DNA of 64,000 nucleotides from Candidatus Micrarchaeota archaeon. Its GTDB lineage: Archaea; Micrarchaeota; Micrarchaeia; Micrarchaeales; CABMGC01. The notes under the pieces were generated by a model that did no database searches, was not told the origin of the DNA, and saw nothing but the letters and a program-made list of their open reading frames with translations. Position numbers and translations under genes: made by a program. Location of the stretch: contig JAJZJQ010000002.1 in the NCBI GenBank assembly GCA_021851065.1, positions 4,750 through 68,749 of the forward strand, written 5' to 3'. Position 1 is the first letter of the stretch, and every line of letters starts with the position of its first letter. Positions 34,897-43,185 of this stretch are shown piece after piece.

Positions 34897-35847
34897 TCAG
34901 TCTCTTATCCCGTCTGGGGTTATCTTTATGACTGCCTCCCCTTCCGGCATGTTTGGGGAGTCAACCAGCCTCACTATTCTTTTGTCCTCCTTGCTTTTCC
35001 TCAGATAAAGCCTTGTTGTAGCAGCATGGGCTACTATGTTTCCACCAACAGGAGTTGTGGGGTCACCAAATAGTATTGCGGGATTGTCCATAACCTGGTT
35101 GGTTATGTATACTGCAAGGTCATACGTGTCTGCAAGCTTCTGGAGCTTGTGTATGTGGGAATTGAGTTTCTGCTGCCTCTCTCCAAGGGCCCCTCTGCCA
35201 AGGAACTCGGATCGGAATAAAGACATGAGCGAGTCCACTACTATCAGCTTTATGTTGCTCTCCTTGATCAGTTTGTCCGCGCGCTCTATCGCAAGGATCT
35301 GCTGGTCGGTTGAGGTGGCTCTCACAACCAGTATGTTGTCAAGAATCTCTTTTGGGTCAAGCCCGGAAGCCTTCGCATCCTGCTCTATCCTGTCAGGCCT
35401 GAAAGTGCCTTCTGTGTCTATGAAAAGCACCTTGCCGCCAAGCCCCCCGCTCTCTACAGGCCTTTGGACATTGATAGACAGCTGGAATCCCAACTGGGTC
35501 TTACCAGAAGCAAACTTGCCGTATGCCTCGGTTATGGCATTGGCCTCTACCCCTCCACCAAGCATCTCGTCTAGCCCTTTTGACCCAGTAAGTATCCTGC
35601 CAAGCGCCTTCCTTTTCTCGTATACCTGGTTTGCAGTAGAGTAGTCTACAGTGGTTGCCTGCTTGGCCGCATCTACGGCCTTCTTGGCGTTGTCCACGCT
35701 CATGCCAGTTAGTTCAGCAAGCTCATGGGGCGATGATGTAGCTATCTTCTCTATGGAATCGTATCCTGACTGCTTTAGTTTTTCAGCGGTTGTAGGACCT
35801 ATCCCCGGAAGATCCTCGAGCTCCTTTACGCCTTTTTCTTTAGCCAT
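34897..35847 (-). CDS. radA: DNA repair and recombination protein RadA
   Basis: N-terminal HhH (LEDLPGIGPTTAEKL), Walker A GKFASGKTQ, Walker B LIVVDS. ATG at 35847. Confidence 0.95.
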   Translation of the reverse strand: MAKEKGVKELEDLPGIGPTTAEKLKQSGYDSIEKIATSSPHELAELTGMSVDNAKKAVDAAKQATTVDYSTANQVYEKRKALGRILTGSKGLDEMLGGGVEANAITEAYGKFASGKTQLGFQLSINVQRPVESGGLGGKVLFIDTEGTFRPDRIEQDAKASGLDPKEILDNILVVRATSTDQQILAIERADKLIKESNIKLIVVDSLMSLFRSEFLGRGALGERQQKLNSHIHKLQKLADTYDLAVYITNQVMDNPAILFGDPTTPVGGNIVAHAATTRLYLRKSKEDKRIVRLVDSPNMPEGEAVIKITPDGIRD

Positions 35848-36162
35848 TATCGCACACCACAAACTAGGAATTAAGCTTAATTATACCGCAGTAAAAGAAT
35901 ATAAAACCCCTAGAAAGGGGCCATGCGTCAATGCTGCATCTCTTGATTTATAGGTAAATAGGAAGAGGCCAGCGGGCGCAGATGCGCACGCGCTGGCAAG
36001 GCGACCAGTTATACTCCTCCATTATAGAGAACTCGTAATACTATCATTACAAACGCATTTAAAAGGCTTTCTTATTAGTGGAAGTGAGCATGTTTCCATT
36101 GTTTTGGAATCTGGTTGCTATTGCCGGCCGTATTTAAATGTTTGACTGTGTACATATCTATC

Positions 36163-36831
36163 ATGGCATCACTTTTCACCCTTGATATAGGAGGCACACT
36201 ACTTGCCGTGCTGTTCGGGATTGCACTTATCTACTTCGGGCTTTCTATGTGGTGGCTCTTCCTTGCTGTGATGGTTGATTTCTTGGTCCTGTCCTCCATA
36301 GTCACAAAAGCAGGAGATGACGAGAAATCCAAGATAAGGGGCTATGAAAAGGTAAGAGGGTGGAAGAACGTTGTTGCCAACGGAATAGTGCCTGTTGCAA
36401 TAGCAGCGCTGTACTTTGTAGACAGTACATATGGTTTCTTCCCTGTGAAGATACTTGTATTCGCATTCATAGCTAGCATATGCTCAATAACCGCTGACAA
36501 ATTTGCAAGCGAGTTCGGAGTGCTTGCTGGGGATCCTATAGGGATTTTTGATTTTAAGAGGAAAAGGAAGGGCACCTCAGGTGCCATAACCCCGTTTGGC
36601 ACAGGCATGGGTGTCGTTGCTTCCATACTGGTTGGGGCAGCATATTTTGCAATAGGAAGCTCGCTGCTCATATTCCTTGTGATTGTAGTTTCCGGAGTAT
36701 TTGGAAATTTCGTTGATTCTGTTCTTGGCCATTTCGAAGAGAAGGGGATTGGGAGCAAGTACACGTCAAATCTTTTGTGCTCGCTTGCAGGAGCACTGCT
36801 GTGCGCAGCTGTGCTTGCTTACATACTTTAG
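36163..36831 (+). CDS. DUF92/TMEM19-family integral membrane protein
   Basis: SSIVTKAG..K......RGWKNVVANG, ADKFASEFG, GTSGAITPFGTG, VDSVLG. All match the family pattern. Confidence 0.7.
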   Translation: MASLFTLDIGGTLLAVLFGIALIYFGLSMWWLFLAVMVDFLVLSSIVTKAGDDEKSKIRGYEKVRGWKNVVANGIVPVAIAALYFVDSTYGFFPVKILVFAFIASICSITADKFASEFGVLAGDPIGIFDFKRKRKGTSGAITPFGTGMGVVASILVGAAYFAIGSSLLIFLVIVVSGVFGNFVDSVLGHFEEKGIGSKYTSNLLCSLAGALLCAAVLAYIL

Positions 36832-37748
36832 GATTTGATGTAGCTAAGCCAAGCAGTGAATCTCCTGTCCTCGCCACGCACCGCGCGCGAGTATTTAGAC
36901 GCTAGCGAGGTAGCCAGTCGCCCGGGAACCCCATCCCCAACGATGCGCGAGTCAACGGAGATTATCGGGGTTATCTCGGCGGCTGTGCCGGCAAAGAAAA
37001 CTTCGTCGCTAGTATAAAGCTCCTCCTTCCTTATGTCCCTTTCTACGGCTTTTATTCCTTCGGCCTTGGCAAGGCGCAGGATTGAATCCCTTGTTATGCC
37101 CAGCAGTATGTTTGCAGATTTGGGCGGGGTGATGAGTATGTTGTCCTGCACTATAAATATGTTTTCGCCAGGACCCTCGGCCACAAGACCAGATTCTGCC
37201 ATTAGTATGGCCTCGTCATAGCCTGAGTCGTTTGCCTCTTTAGAGGCGAGTATTGAATTTATGTAGTTGCCGCTTGCCTTGGCCGCAGCAGGAATTGCCG
37301 ATGAATTTATCCGGAGCCACGTGGATGTTTTGCATCTTATGCCTTTGTTGTGCCCTGCGAACAGGCTTACGAAACGCAGCGCCATCATTGCTATGCTTGT
37401 GGACTTGCCCCGCACGTTGAAGCCTATGCCGGCGTCAGGATAGAATGCAAAGGGCCTTATGTAGGCATCTGGAAGGTTGTTCTTTGATATCGTAGACAGC
37501 GCGGCTTCCTCAAGCTGGCGCTGCGTGAACTTTGGAACCATGCCGTATATCTTCATGCTTTGCATGAATCGGCACATGTGCTCGCGCAGCCTGAATATTG
37601 CAGGGCCTTTCTTCGTGTTGTAACACCTTATTCCCTCGAACACGCCGCTGCCGTATTGCAGCGAGTGGGTTAGCAGATGCACTTTTGCATCGCCCCAATT
37701 AACGAATTTGCCGTCAAGCCACACATATCCGGATGCCTGCTTTGCCAT
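36828..37748 (-). CDS. ilvE: Branched-chain amino acid aminotransferase
   Basis: YVWLDGKFVNWGDAKVHLLTHSLQYGSGVFEGIRCY, fold-type IV PLP enzyme, 306 aa. Confidence 0.9.
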   Translation of the reverse strand: MAKQASGYVWLDGKFVNWGDAKVHLLTHSLQYGSGVFEGIRCYNTKKGPAIFRLREHMCRFMQSMKIYGMVPKFTQRQLEEAALSTISKNNLPDAYIRPFAFYPDAGIGFNVRGKSTSIAMMALRFVSLFAGHNKGIRCKTSTWLRINSSAIPAAAKASGNYINSILASKEANDSGYDEAILMAESGLVAEGPGENIFIVQDNILITPPKSANILLGITRDSILRLAKAEGIKAVERDIRKEELYTSDEVFFAGTAAEITPIISVDSRIVGDGVPGRLATSLASKYSRAVRGEDRRFTAWLSYIKS

Positions 37749-37795
37749 ACAATCACAGCATGGTGTGGTATTGGCGCCTTTGGATTTAAAAAAGA

Positions 37796-37882
37796 TGCGC
37801 CAGCCGGGATTTGAACCCGGGTTACAGCCTGTTTCCTTGGAAAATGGGAAGGCCGTGTCCTACCAGCCTAGACTACTAGCGC
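37796..37882 (-). tRNA. tRNA-Gly (CCC) with 14-nt canonical intron (37/38)
   Basis: Acceptor GCGCUAG/CUGGCGC with A73, D-arm GUCU..GGAC, anticodon stem CGGCC/GGCUG interrupted as UUCCCA[UUUUCCAAGGAAAC]A, T-arm CCGGG-UUCAAAU-CCCGG. 87 nt, 73 after splicing. Confidence 0.85.
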
Positions 37883-37938
37883 GCTTACAGGGTATTTGTG
37901 CTCCCAGTATTATATAGTTTGCCGCGCATTTTGCATGC

Positions 37939-39654
37939 ATGAAGGCAGTTGCAGTTGTGGCTATCGCGATTTTAGCAGGCGCACTGCATGCATACCAGAT
38001 CCTGGGGCCCGGATATTACCTGTACAATAATGTTTCTGTGGGGGGCGCAGGGGCAATAATAGCCGGAGTAGATACTAACAGCAGCATAGATCTTGTAGTC
38101 ATTCCGGCACCGGATTTTGGCAGTTTTGCAGGGGGGCATAACACAGCCGACATCTACAATGCCACAGTTGGGTCAGGGGTATACAAGATACCCGCGCCAA
38201 GTGGCAGATATACAGTTATATTCGAGTCGGTGCGTAGCACTCGGCTTGCAGTTGGCGCTGTCCCGTACAGCACGGCAGGAGCAAGGCTTGTTAATCTGAA
38301 CGGAACGTATTCGTACAGCTTTGCTACGTCTAACTACAGCTACGTGAATATTACCGTGCTCTCTTCTGCAGACTTCCGCAGCCATCCGCTTATAGTCAAT
38401 GTATCTGGGGTAAGCACTTACATAAACTCAGACGCAGTAGTAGAATACCTTAATCTGACCGAAGGGAGCGGAGTGCACAGCATTCAGCTGAGTTCCCAGT
38501 ACCCCGAGCAAGTATTTGCGCTTGTATCGTCATCGGGCGCCATAGTCAACCCAGTGGAACTGCTTGGCAGCAACGCGTCTTACCCTGTAGGTGTTGCAAG
38601 CTATGGTGTGGATAATATATCCGGCGAACTTATACCATATGTGGTGCGCACAGGGGAGGTGGTTGGGGTAGCGAACATATCTGCGCTTAATGCGACAAGC
38701 GGAAACTTCTCTGAGCTAAACATCTCCAGGTACGGAGCTAGCCTGCAGCTTAACCTGCAGCTTCTCACCCACAGCGCAGGCAAAATGCAGGTATACTGGC
38801 TGCAGAATGTGGCTGACTTCAACACGAGCGCAAGAAGCATGTATTTCGTGGACAATATATGGAACAACACGCTGCCTGGAGCGAACCTGAGCAACGCTAC
38901 ACTGCTGGGAAGAGGAAATGTGACTGGATGCGGCATCTGCGGCCAGTCGTTCTATGCGTACGTATACCCGTATTATGGCATGAACTATACTCTTCCGCTT
39001 GACCTCAAGCTTGTTGTTGCGCAGGGGCAGACCGCAAACGGTACGCAGGTGTCCTTTGGGTACCAGTTGCTTGGGGCAGGGGAGTCTGGGACGAAACCGC
39101 TGGTTTATTATGATACGGTGCTTATCCCAGGAACTTATAATTCCACCATAATCGTCACGCCATATATGACAACCCCGTCAGGCAAAGGAAAGTACGGGAA
39201 CAACTATTACGATGCAGAACTGGTGTTTGCAGGGCAGTCGAATGGAGCCGATGCGTTATTCACGGAGCTTAATGCGTCCATGTGGATCTACTATCTGGAC
39301 AACGGCGCGCTCAGGCCTTTCACGTCGGCATATACCTTCGGCATGAACACACAGGAGAGTGCAACAAACGTGCGCGTTGGCCCCGGTGTAGGTGGAGCCG
39401 TAGCAACCCCAGGGCCCACCAACTACAGCGCGCAGATAATAGTGTCTAACGCGTTGTATGCCTACGCGCATTATATAGCTAACGAATCGCAGTATACCGC
39501 TCCACCTACAACAATCTCAAGTGCATACCAGCAGGGCGTGAGATCTGCCGTCTCGCTTTCAATAGCTGGAATTGTGCCATACTTAATGCTTGGGTCCATA
39601 GTGGTGGCAGTATTGGTGTTCGTTAGGTTCACAATAAGGAAGCTCTTTGGATAA
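37939..39654 (+). CDS. Secreted, heavily sequon-rich surface protein with C-terminal TM anchor; thermopsin (peptidase A5)-like region
   Basis: Signal-like N-terminus. YPVGVASYGV..., GASLQLNLQL, YWLQNVADFNT and FVDNIWNNT resemble the thermopsin family. Many NxS/T sites. C-terminal TM. Confidence 0.5.
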   Translation: MKAVAVVAIAILAGALHAYQILGPGYYLYNNVSVGGAGAIIAGVDTNSSIDLVVIPAPDFGSFAGGHNTADIYNATVGSGVYKIPAPSGRYTVIFESVRSTRLAVGAVPYSTAGARLVNLNGTYSYSFATSNYSYVNITVLSSADFRSHPLIVNVSGVSTYINSDAVVEYLNLTEGSGVHSIQLSSQYPEQVFALVSSSGAIVNPVELLGSNASYPVGVASYGVDNISGELIPYVVRTGEVVGVANISALNATSGNFSELNISRYGASLQLNLQLLTHSAGKMQVYWLQNVADFNTSARSMYFVDNIWNNTLPGANLSNATLLGRGNVTGCGICGQSFYAYVYPYYGMNYTLPLDLKLVVAQGQTANGTQVSFGYQLLGAGESGTKPLVYYDTVLIPGTYNSTIIVTPYMTTPSGKGKYGNNYYDAELVFAGQSNGADALFTELNASMWIYYLDNGALRPFTSAYTFGMNTQESATNVRVGPGVGGAVATPGPTNYSAQIIVSNALYAYAHYIANESQYTAPPTTISSAYQQGVRSAVSLSIAGIVPYLMLGSIVVAVLVFVRFTIRKLFG

Positions 39655-39659
39655 GAACG

Positions 39660-40418
39660 CTAGCGTATATATGGAAAGTTCTCTGTGGGGCGCCCCGGTT
39701 CAGCCTGGGTCTTTGCAGATTCCTCCAGCTCGCGTATAAGCTTGTCTGTCTCGTTCTTTATCTTGGTCATGTTCTCCAGGTTTACCTTGACGCCTATCAG
39801 GTCCCTCAATACTTCAAGAACTGCGCGTGCTGCATTTGCATCGATCTCGAGGACGCTGGTCTCGCCCATTACGCATGCGGCGGAGATTTTGTGCTTCTTT
39901 GCAAATTCTACTATCAGTCCGGCTGCCCCCCAGATTGCTCCGGATGCTGTACCAAAAATGACCCCTTTCTTTGAAAGCTCTTTCTTGACGTCGGGGTTGC
40001 TGGCTACGCCAAATACCTTTGGAGTCTGTATGTAGTGGCTCCCGGAACTGTATCCGCCTATAGTGTATATGCGTTTGCCCCCGAGCATCTTGAAGAACTT
40101 AACTATCTTCTCGTCAACCTCATATTGCCCCTCTGGGGTTGCTGCCTGTGTGTCGCCCAGAAGTATGATTAGCGTGTTGTTCTTGAGCTCCTTGTAGTAG
40201 AACCTGTTGCTTATCAGCCTGGTATATCCGCTCTTTAGCATTATGGTCTGATGTATGAAGTGTGGGGAATAGAGGGAAGCGAATTTCTTGGCCTCAAGCT
40301 CGGTTTTAAGATGCTCGCCGACAAGTGCACCTACGCTGCCTATGCCGGGCAAGCCCACCACAAGCACCGGGTTTCTGAACTTGAGTTTCCTGTTGTAAAA
40401 TATCTTGGTCTTGTTCAC
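39660..40418 (-). CDS. Proteasome assembly chaperone (PAC2) family protein
   Basis: FRNPVLVVGLPGIGSVGALVGEHL. 252 aa. Conserved position after aIF2-alpha. Confidence 0.75.
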   Translation of the reverse strand: MNKTKIFYNRKLKFRNPVLVVGLPGIGSVGALVGEHLKTELEAKKFASLYSPHFIHQTIMLKSGYTRLISNRFYYKELKNNTLIILLGDTQAATPEGQYEVDEKIVKFFKMLGGKRIYTIGGYSSGSHYIQTPKVFGVASNPDVKKELSKKGVIFGTASGAIWGAAGLIVEFAKKHKISAACVMGETSVLEIDANAARAVLEVLRDLIGVKVNLENMTKIKNETDKLIRELEESAKTQAEPGRPTENFPYIR

Positions 40419-41176
40419 GCCTGCACCTTGCCGCTTTTCATGCTGAAATCTATCCCTTTGTATCCTTCCAGTATCTTGTTTGCTTTCTTTATCCTCTCCT
40501 CCGCCTTCAGGTAGCTTGAGTCTGTAGCCACGAGCCTGTAGCGGGGCGCGCCAAGGTATTGCACTACGATGCCTTCCTTTTCCACGTTACCGAAGGCCTC
40601 CTTTATCGTGCCTATTCCGCTGCGGGTGTCGCTGGTGGTAAGTTCAACATTGTATGCAACAGTATATATCTTTGGTTTTATGGTCTTTGCAACTATCGAG
40701 TAGAGGGCTTCCTTGAAGGCGTTGTCCTTGAATCCGGATAGTGGGTCCCGCCCTTCGAAAATGTCGTTGACAAGATCCATATAGGTCTTTGAGTATTCAG
40801 ATACATCGATTGCAAGTTGTGCGCGCCTGTCTGCGGCACCTGACGCTTCAACTGCCTTGTTGAAGATGCCTTCGGCGTGCTTCTCAAGGCTGTATTCGTT
40901 TATCTTGTCTTTCTTGTTCTTGCTTGTCGCCTTCTTCAGCGATACGTCAACAGATCTCTTTTCCCTATCAACGAATATGACCTTTGCGACATCCTGCTGG
41001 CCCTCCTTTACGAATTCGTGGATGTTTTTTATCCAGCCTGAGGAGACCTCGGATATTGGCAGGTATGCGTCCATGTTGTATTCGGACAGCCGGCAGTATG
41101 CCCCGTGGGGCATGATCTTGGTTATCTTTATTATTACGAATTCCCCAACTTCCGGCATTTGCTTTGGTATTATCAA
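40415..41176 (-). CDS. eif2a: Translation initiation factor 2 subunit alpha
   Basis: S1 domain PEVGEFVIIKITKIMPHGAYCRLSEYN.DAYLPISEVSSGWIKNI. 253 aa. Confidence 0.9.
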   Translation of the reverse strand: MIIPKQMPEVGEFVIIKITKIMPHGAYCRLSEYNMDAYLPISEVSSGWIKNIHEFVKEGQQDVAKVIFVDREKRSVDVSLKKATSKNKKDKINEYSLEKHAEGIFNKAVEASGAADRRAQLAIDVSEYSKTYMDLVNDIFEGRDPLSGFKDNAFKEALYSIVAKTIKPKIYTVAYNVELTTSDTRSGIGTIKEAFGNVEKEGIVVQYLGAPRYRLVATDSSYLKAEERIKKANKILEGYKGIDFSMKSGKVQA

Positions 41177-41180
41177 CTTC

Positions 41181-41471
41181 TTACCTCCCTATCTCTATCT
41201 TTTTCTTTGTCCTCATGCCCACTACGCGCTCGCTTGTCTTCTTGCACTGTGCGCATTCTACCATTACCTTCTGCTTCTTGCCAAGCTTTTTTGGGTGAAT
41301 TTTGGGCTCTATGCTGCCAACATATCCGCGTATTGCGCGGTTGTGCCTCCTGGTTCCGAGGCTGAGGCCTCTTTGTGGCTTTTTGTTGTATGTGCGCACA
41401 ACATGCTTTGTGTGTTTATTGCAGAACCTGCAGTATGACATTATCTCCTTGCTTATTTTCATCTTTATCAC
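41181..41471 (-). CDS. rpl44e: 50S ribosomal protein eL42 (L44e)
   Basis: YCRFCNKHTKHVV ... ECAQCKK zinc ribbon. Basic, 96 aa. Confidence 0.85.
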   Translation of the reverse strand: MIKMKISKEIMSYCRFCNKHTKHVVRTYNKKPQRGLSLGTRRHNRAIRGYVGSIEPKIHPKKLGKKQKVMVECAQCKKTSERVVGMRTKKKIEIGR

Positions 41472-41475
41472 TTCG

Positions 41476-41937
41476 TTAATCAGTTATCTCTCCCAGTTTG
41501 TTGTCTATTATGAATTTGATGTCTGAGATTTCGGACAGGTATATTAGTTGGTTTTGTTCGTATGGGCCCAGCTTGCTGCCTGTTGGAGTTACTATCTGCG
41601 GTATCGTCTTTGTTACCTTCAGTTTTGTTGTCTTTATATCCCCGCCGCTTCTATTCAATACTTTCTTTATCTGAATATATAAAGCTTCCTCCTCTGCCGG
41701 CATGGGATGAGGCATTGCCTTGTTGTATGCCAGGTATACGAGCAGTTTTTGCGTTCTTAGCTCTTTTATCTGCAAGCCCAGCTTTGATATGTTTCTCCTT
41801 TCATCTGAATTGTCAGCGGCTAGGTTAACGGCCTTTGTTATAAGCGCATAAAAATCTTGCGGCTGGGCTGTGAGTTCTCCGGTCTTTCTTTCGTTTTTGA
41901 GTATCCCGAGTAAAAAATTTACTGTTATATCTTCCAT
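41476..41937 (-). CDS. GINS complex subunit (Gins51-like)
   Basis: A-domain pattern L..ER....L..QPQDFY ... ELRTQKLLVYLA, then AEEEALYIQI. B-domain KTIPQIVTPTGSKLGPYEQNQLIYLSEISDIKFIIDNKLGEI. Confidence 0.55.
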   Translation of the reverse strand: MEDITVNFLLGILKNERKTGELTAQPQDFYALITKAVNLAADNSDERRNISKLGLQIKELRTQKLLVYLAYNKAMPHPMPAEEEALYIQIKKVLNRSGGDIKTTKLKVTKTIPQIVTPTGSKLGPYEQNQLIYLSEISDIKFIIDNKLGEITD

Positions 41938-41951
41938 AGTATCAACAGGGT

Positions 41952-42055
41952 ACAGTTCCGGTATTATTTTTGTTGTTTTTTTACCCGTATTCCTATCTTA
42001 TTAGGTCTTAGTATTATGATATAATATAATACCAGGACACGAATACTGGAACTGT
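41952..42055. other. 14-bp inverted repeat (ORB-like) flanking a 76-bp AT-rich spacer; candidate origin or regulatory element
   Basis: ACAGTTCCGGTATT (41952..41965) matches the reverse complement of AATACTGGAACTGT (42042..42055) at 13/14 positions. The right copy continues into GGGG. The spacer is very AT-rich. Confidence 0.35.
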
Positions 42056-42069
42056 GGGGTGTATATTAA

Positions 42070-42144
42070 TAGCGAGGGGTGGATTTGGACCACCGATCTC
42101 CGGGTTATGAGCCCGGCGGGCACTCCAGGCTACCCTACCTCGCT
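42070..42144 (-). tRNA. Initiator tRNA-Met (CAU)
   Basis: A1:U72 acceptor AGCGAGG/CCUCGCU with A73, anticodon arm CCGGG-CUCAUAA-CCCGG (three G:C pairs next to the loop), T-arm GGUGG-UCCAAAU-CCACC. Confidence 0.9.
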
Positions 42145-42224
42145 ACGTATTTTAGAATTTGGAGCGCAAGATATAAATAAGGAAGATTGCGGCTTCCCAG
42201 CTTCTCCTGCGCTGACGCCAGCCA

Positions 42225-42953
42225 TCAGGATACTGAGCTAACCTTTGCCTGGGCCGGTGACACTGCCTCTTTAAAGAGGTCCTCAACCTCGCTCCTATTC
42301 ATTATGGTGAGCATTTCTCCGCACCCGCATCTGAAACCCACTTCAAAAGCAGAATCGAACGGAAGTATGGTTTTATTGGTGCTGTAACATGTCTTGCATA
42401 CAAAAAAATCATTGCAGTTTGCAGGGAAAGACGGCGCTGACGCCGCCGAAGGTCTGTCTATGTTCGATATGTACTCGCCAAGCTTTTCGCCGTCTATCTT
42501 CCATGTAAATATGAGCCATCCCTTGCTGTCCTTGTTGACATCATATTTAACTATACTATATCCATTCATCACATTAAGCATCCTTCTAACATCATTAACC
42601 TTTACATTAAGCTGCCCTGCAAGTGCCTCGTCCGTTTTGTGGCTTTTTGAGAGAGACACTAGTATATCTACCGCATTGCTGCCTACCTTGGTGCTTATGT
42701 TGGCTAGGAACGATTTATTACCAAGAAGCTCAACAACTTTGCTCATGTCTTCCACAACAAGCGTGTTGCCGCTGGCTTTATTTTTTTGATTTTTGGCTGC
42801 AGTCTTGTTGCTGGCAGGGCGCACCTCAAGGGAAGCCTTCGCACCGTGTTTCTGGTTAGAATGCTTGCGCGCCGGCCTAGATGCCTTCTTTTTATTTGCA
42901 GAATCCGCCTTTGCTACGCTAATCCTATTGTTTTTCTTTTTTGGAGACAACAC
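42225..42953 (-). CDS. tfe: Transcription factor E (TFE-alpha), possibly with a K-rich N-terminal extension
   Basis: wH domain (TDEALAGQLNVKVNDVRRMLNVMNGYSIVKY...GWLIFTW) and Zn ribbon (CKTC...CGCG). The core starts at ATG 42746. An in-frame GTG at 42953 lies about 50 nt below the TATA. Confidence 0.75.
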   Translation of the reverse strand: MLSPKKKNNRISVAKADSANKKKASRPARKHSNQKHGAKASLEVRPASNKTAAKNQKNKASGNTLVVEDMSKVVELLGNKSFLANISTKVGSNAVDILVSLSKSHKTDEALAGQLNVKVNDVRRMLNVMNGYSIVKYDVNKDSKGWLIFTWKIDGEKLGEYISNIDRPSAASAPSFPANCNDFFVCKTCYSTNKTILPFDSAFEVGFRCGCGEMLTIMNRSEVEDLFKEAVSPAQAKVSSVS

Positions 42954-43003
42954 GATAATACCTTGGGCCTGGGTGGGCACAGTATATATTATAGCATAAC
43001 AGG

Positions 43004-43011
43004 TATATAAA
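43004..43011 (-). promoter_or_regulatory. TATA-box-like element upstream of tfe
   Basis: Minus-strand TTTATATA sits inside the 5' end of the track ORF. This argues that the annotated 43040 start is not used. Confidence 0.4.
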
Positions 43012-43074
43012 TGTAGCAATTTCTGCCAACAACACAACAATTCCTGTTATTTTGCATCATGCCGTAAACAGCAG

Positions 43075-43149
43075 CGGACCCGGTGGGATTTGAACCCACG
43101 ACTTGCTGGTTAAGAGCCAGCCACTCTGACCAATCTGAGTTACGGGTCC
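43075..43149 (-). tRNA. tRNA-Lys (CUU)
   Basis: Acceptor GGACCCG/CGGGUCC with G73, D-arm ACUC..GAGU, anticodon arm GCUGG-CUCUUAA-CCAGC, T-arm GUGGG-UUCAAAU-CCCAC. Confidence 0.92.
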
Positions 43150-43185
43150 AGGCAAGGATGAATATGCCTGCGCACCTATAAAAGC

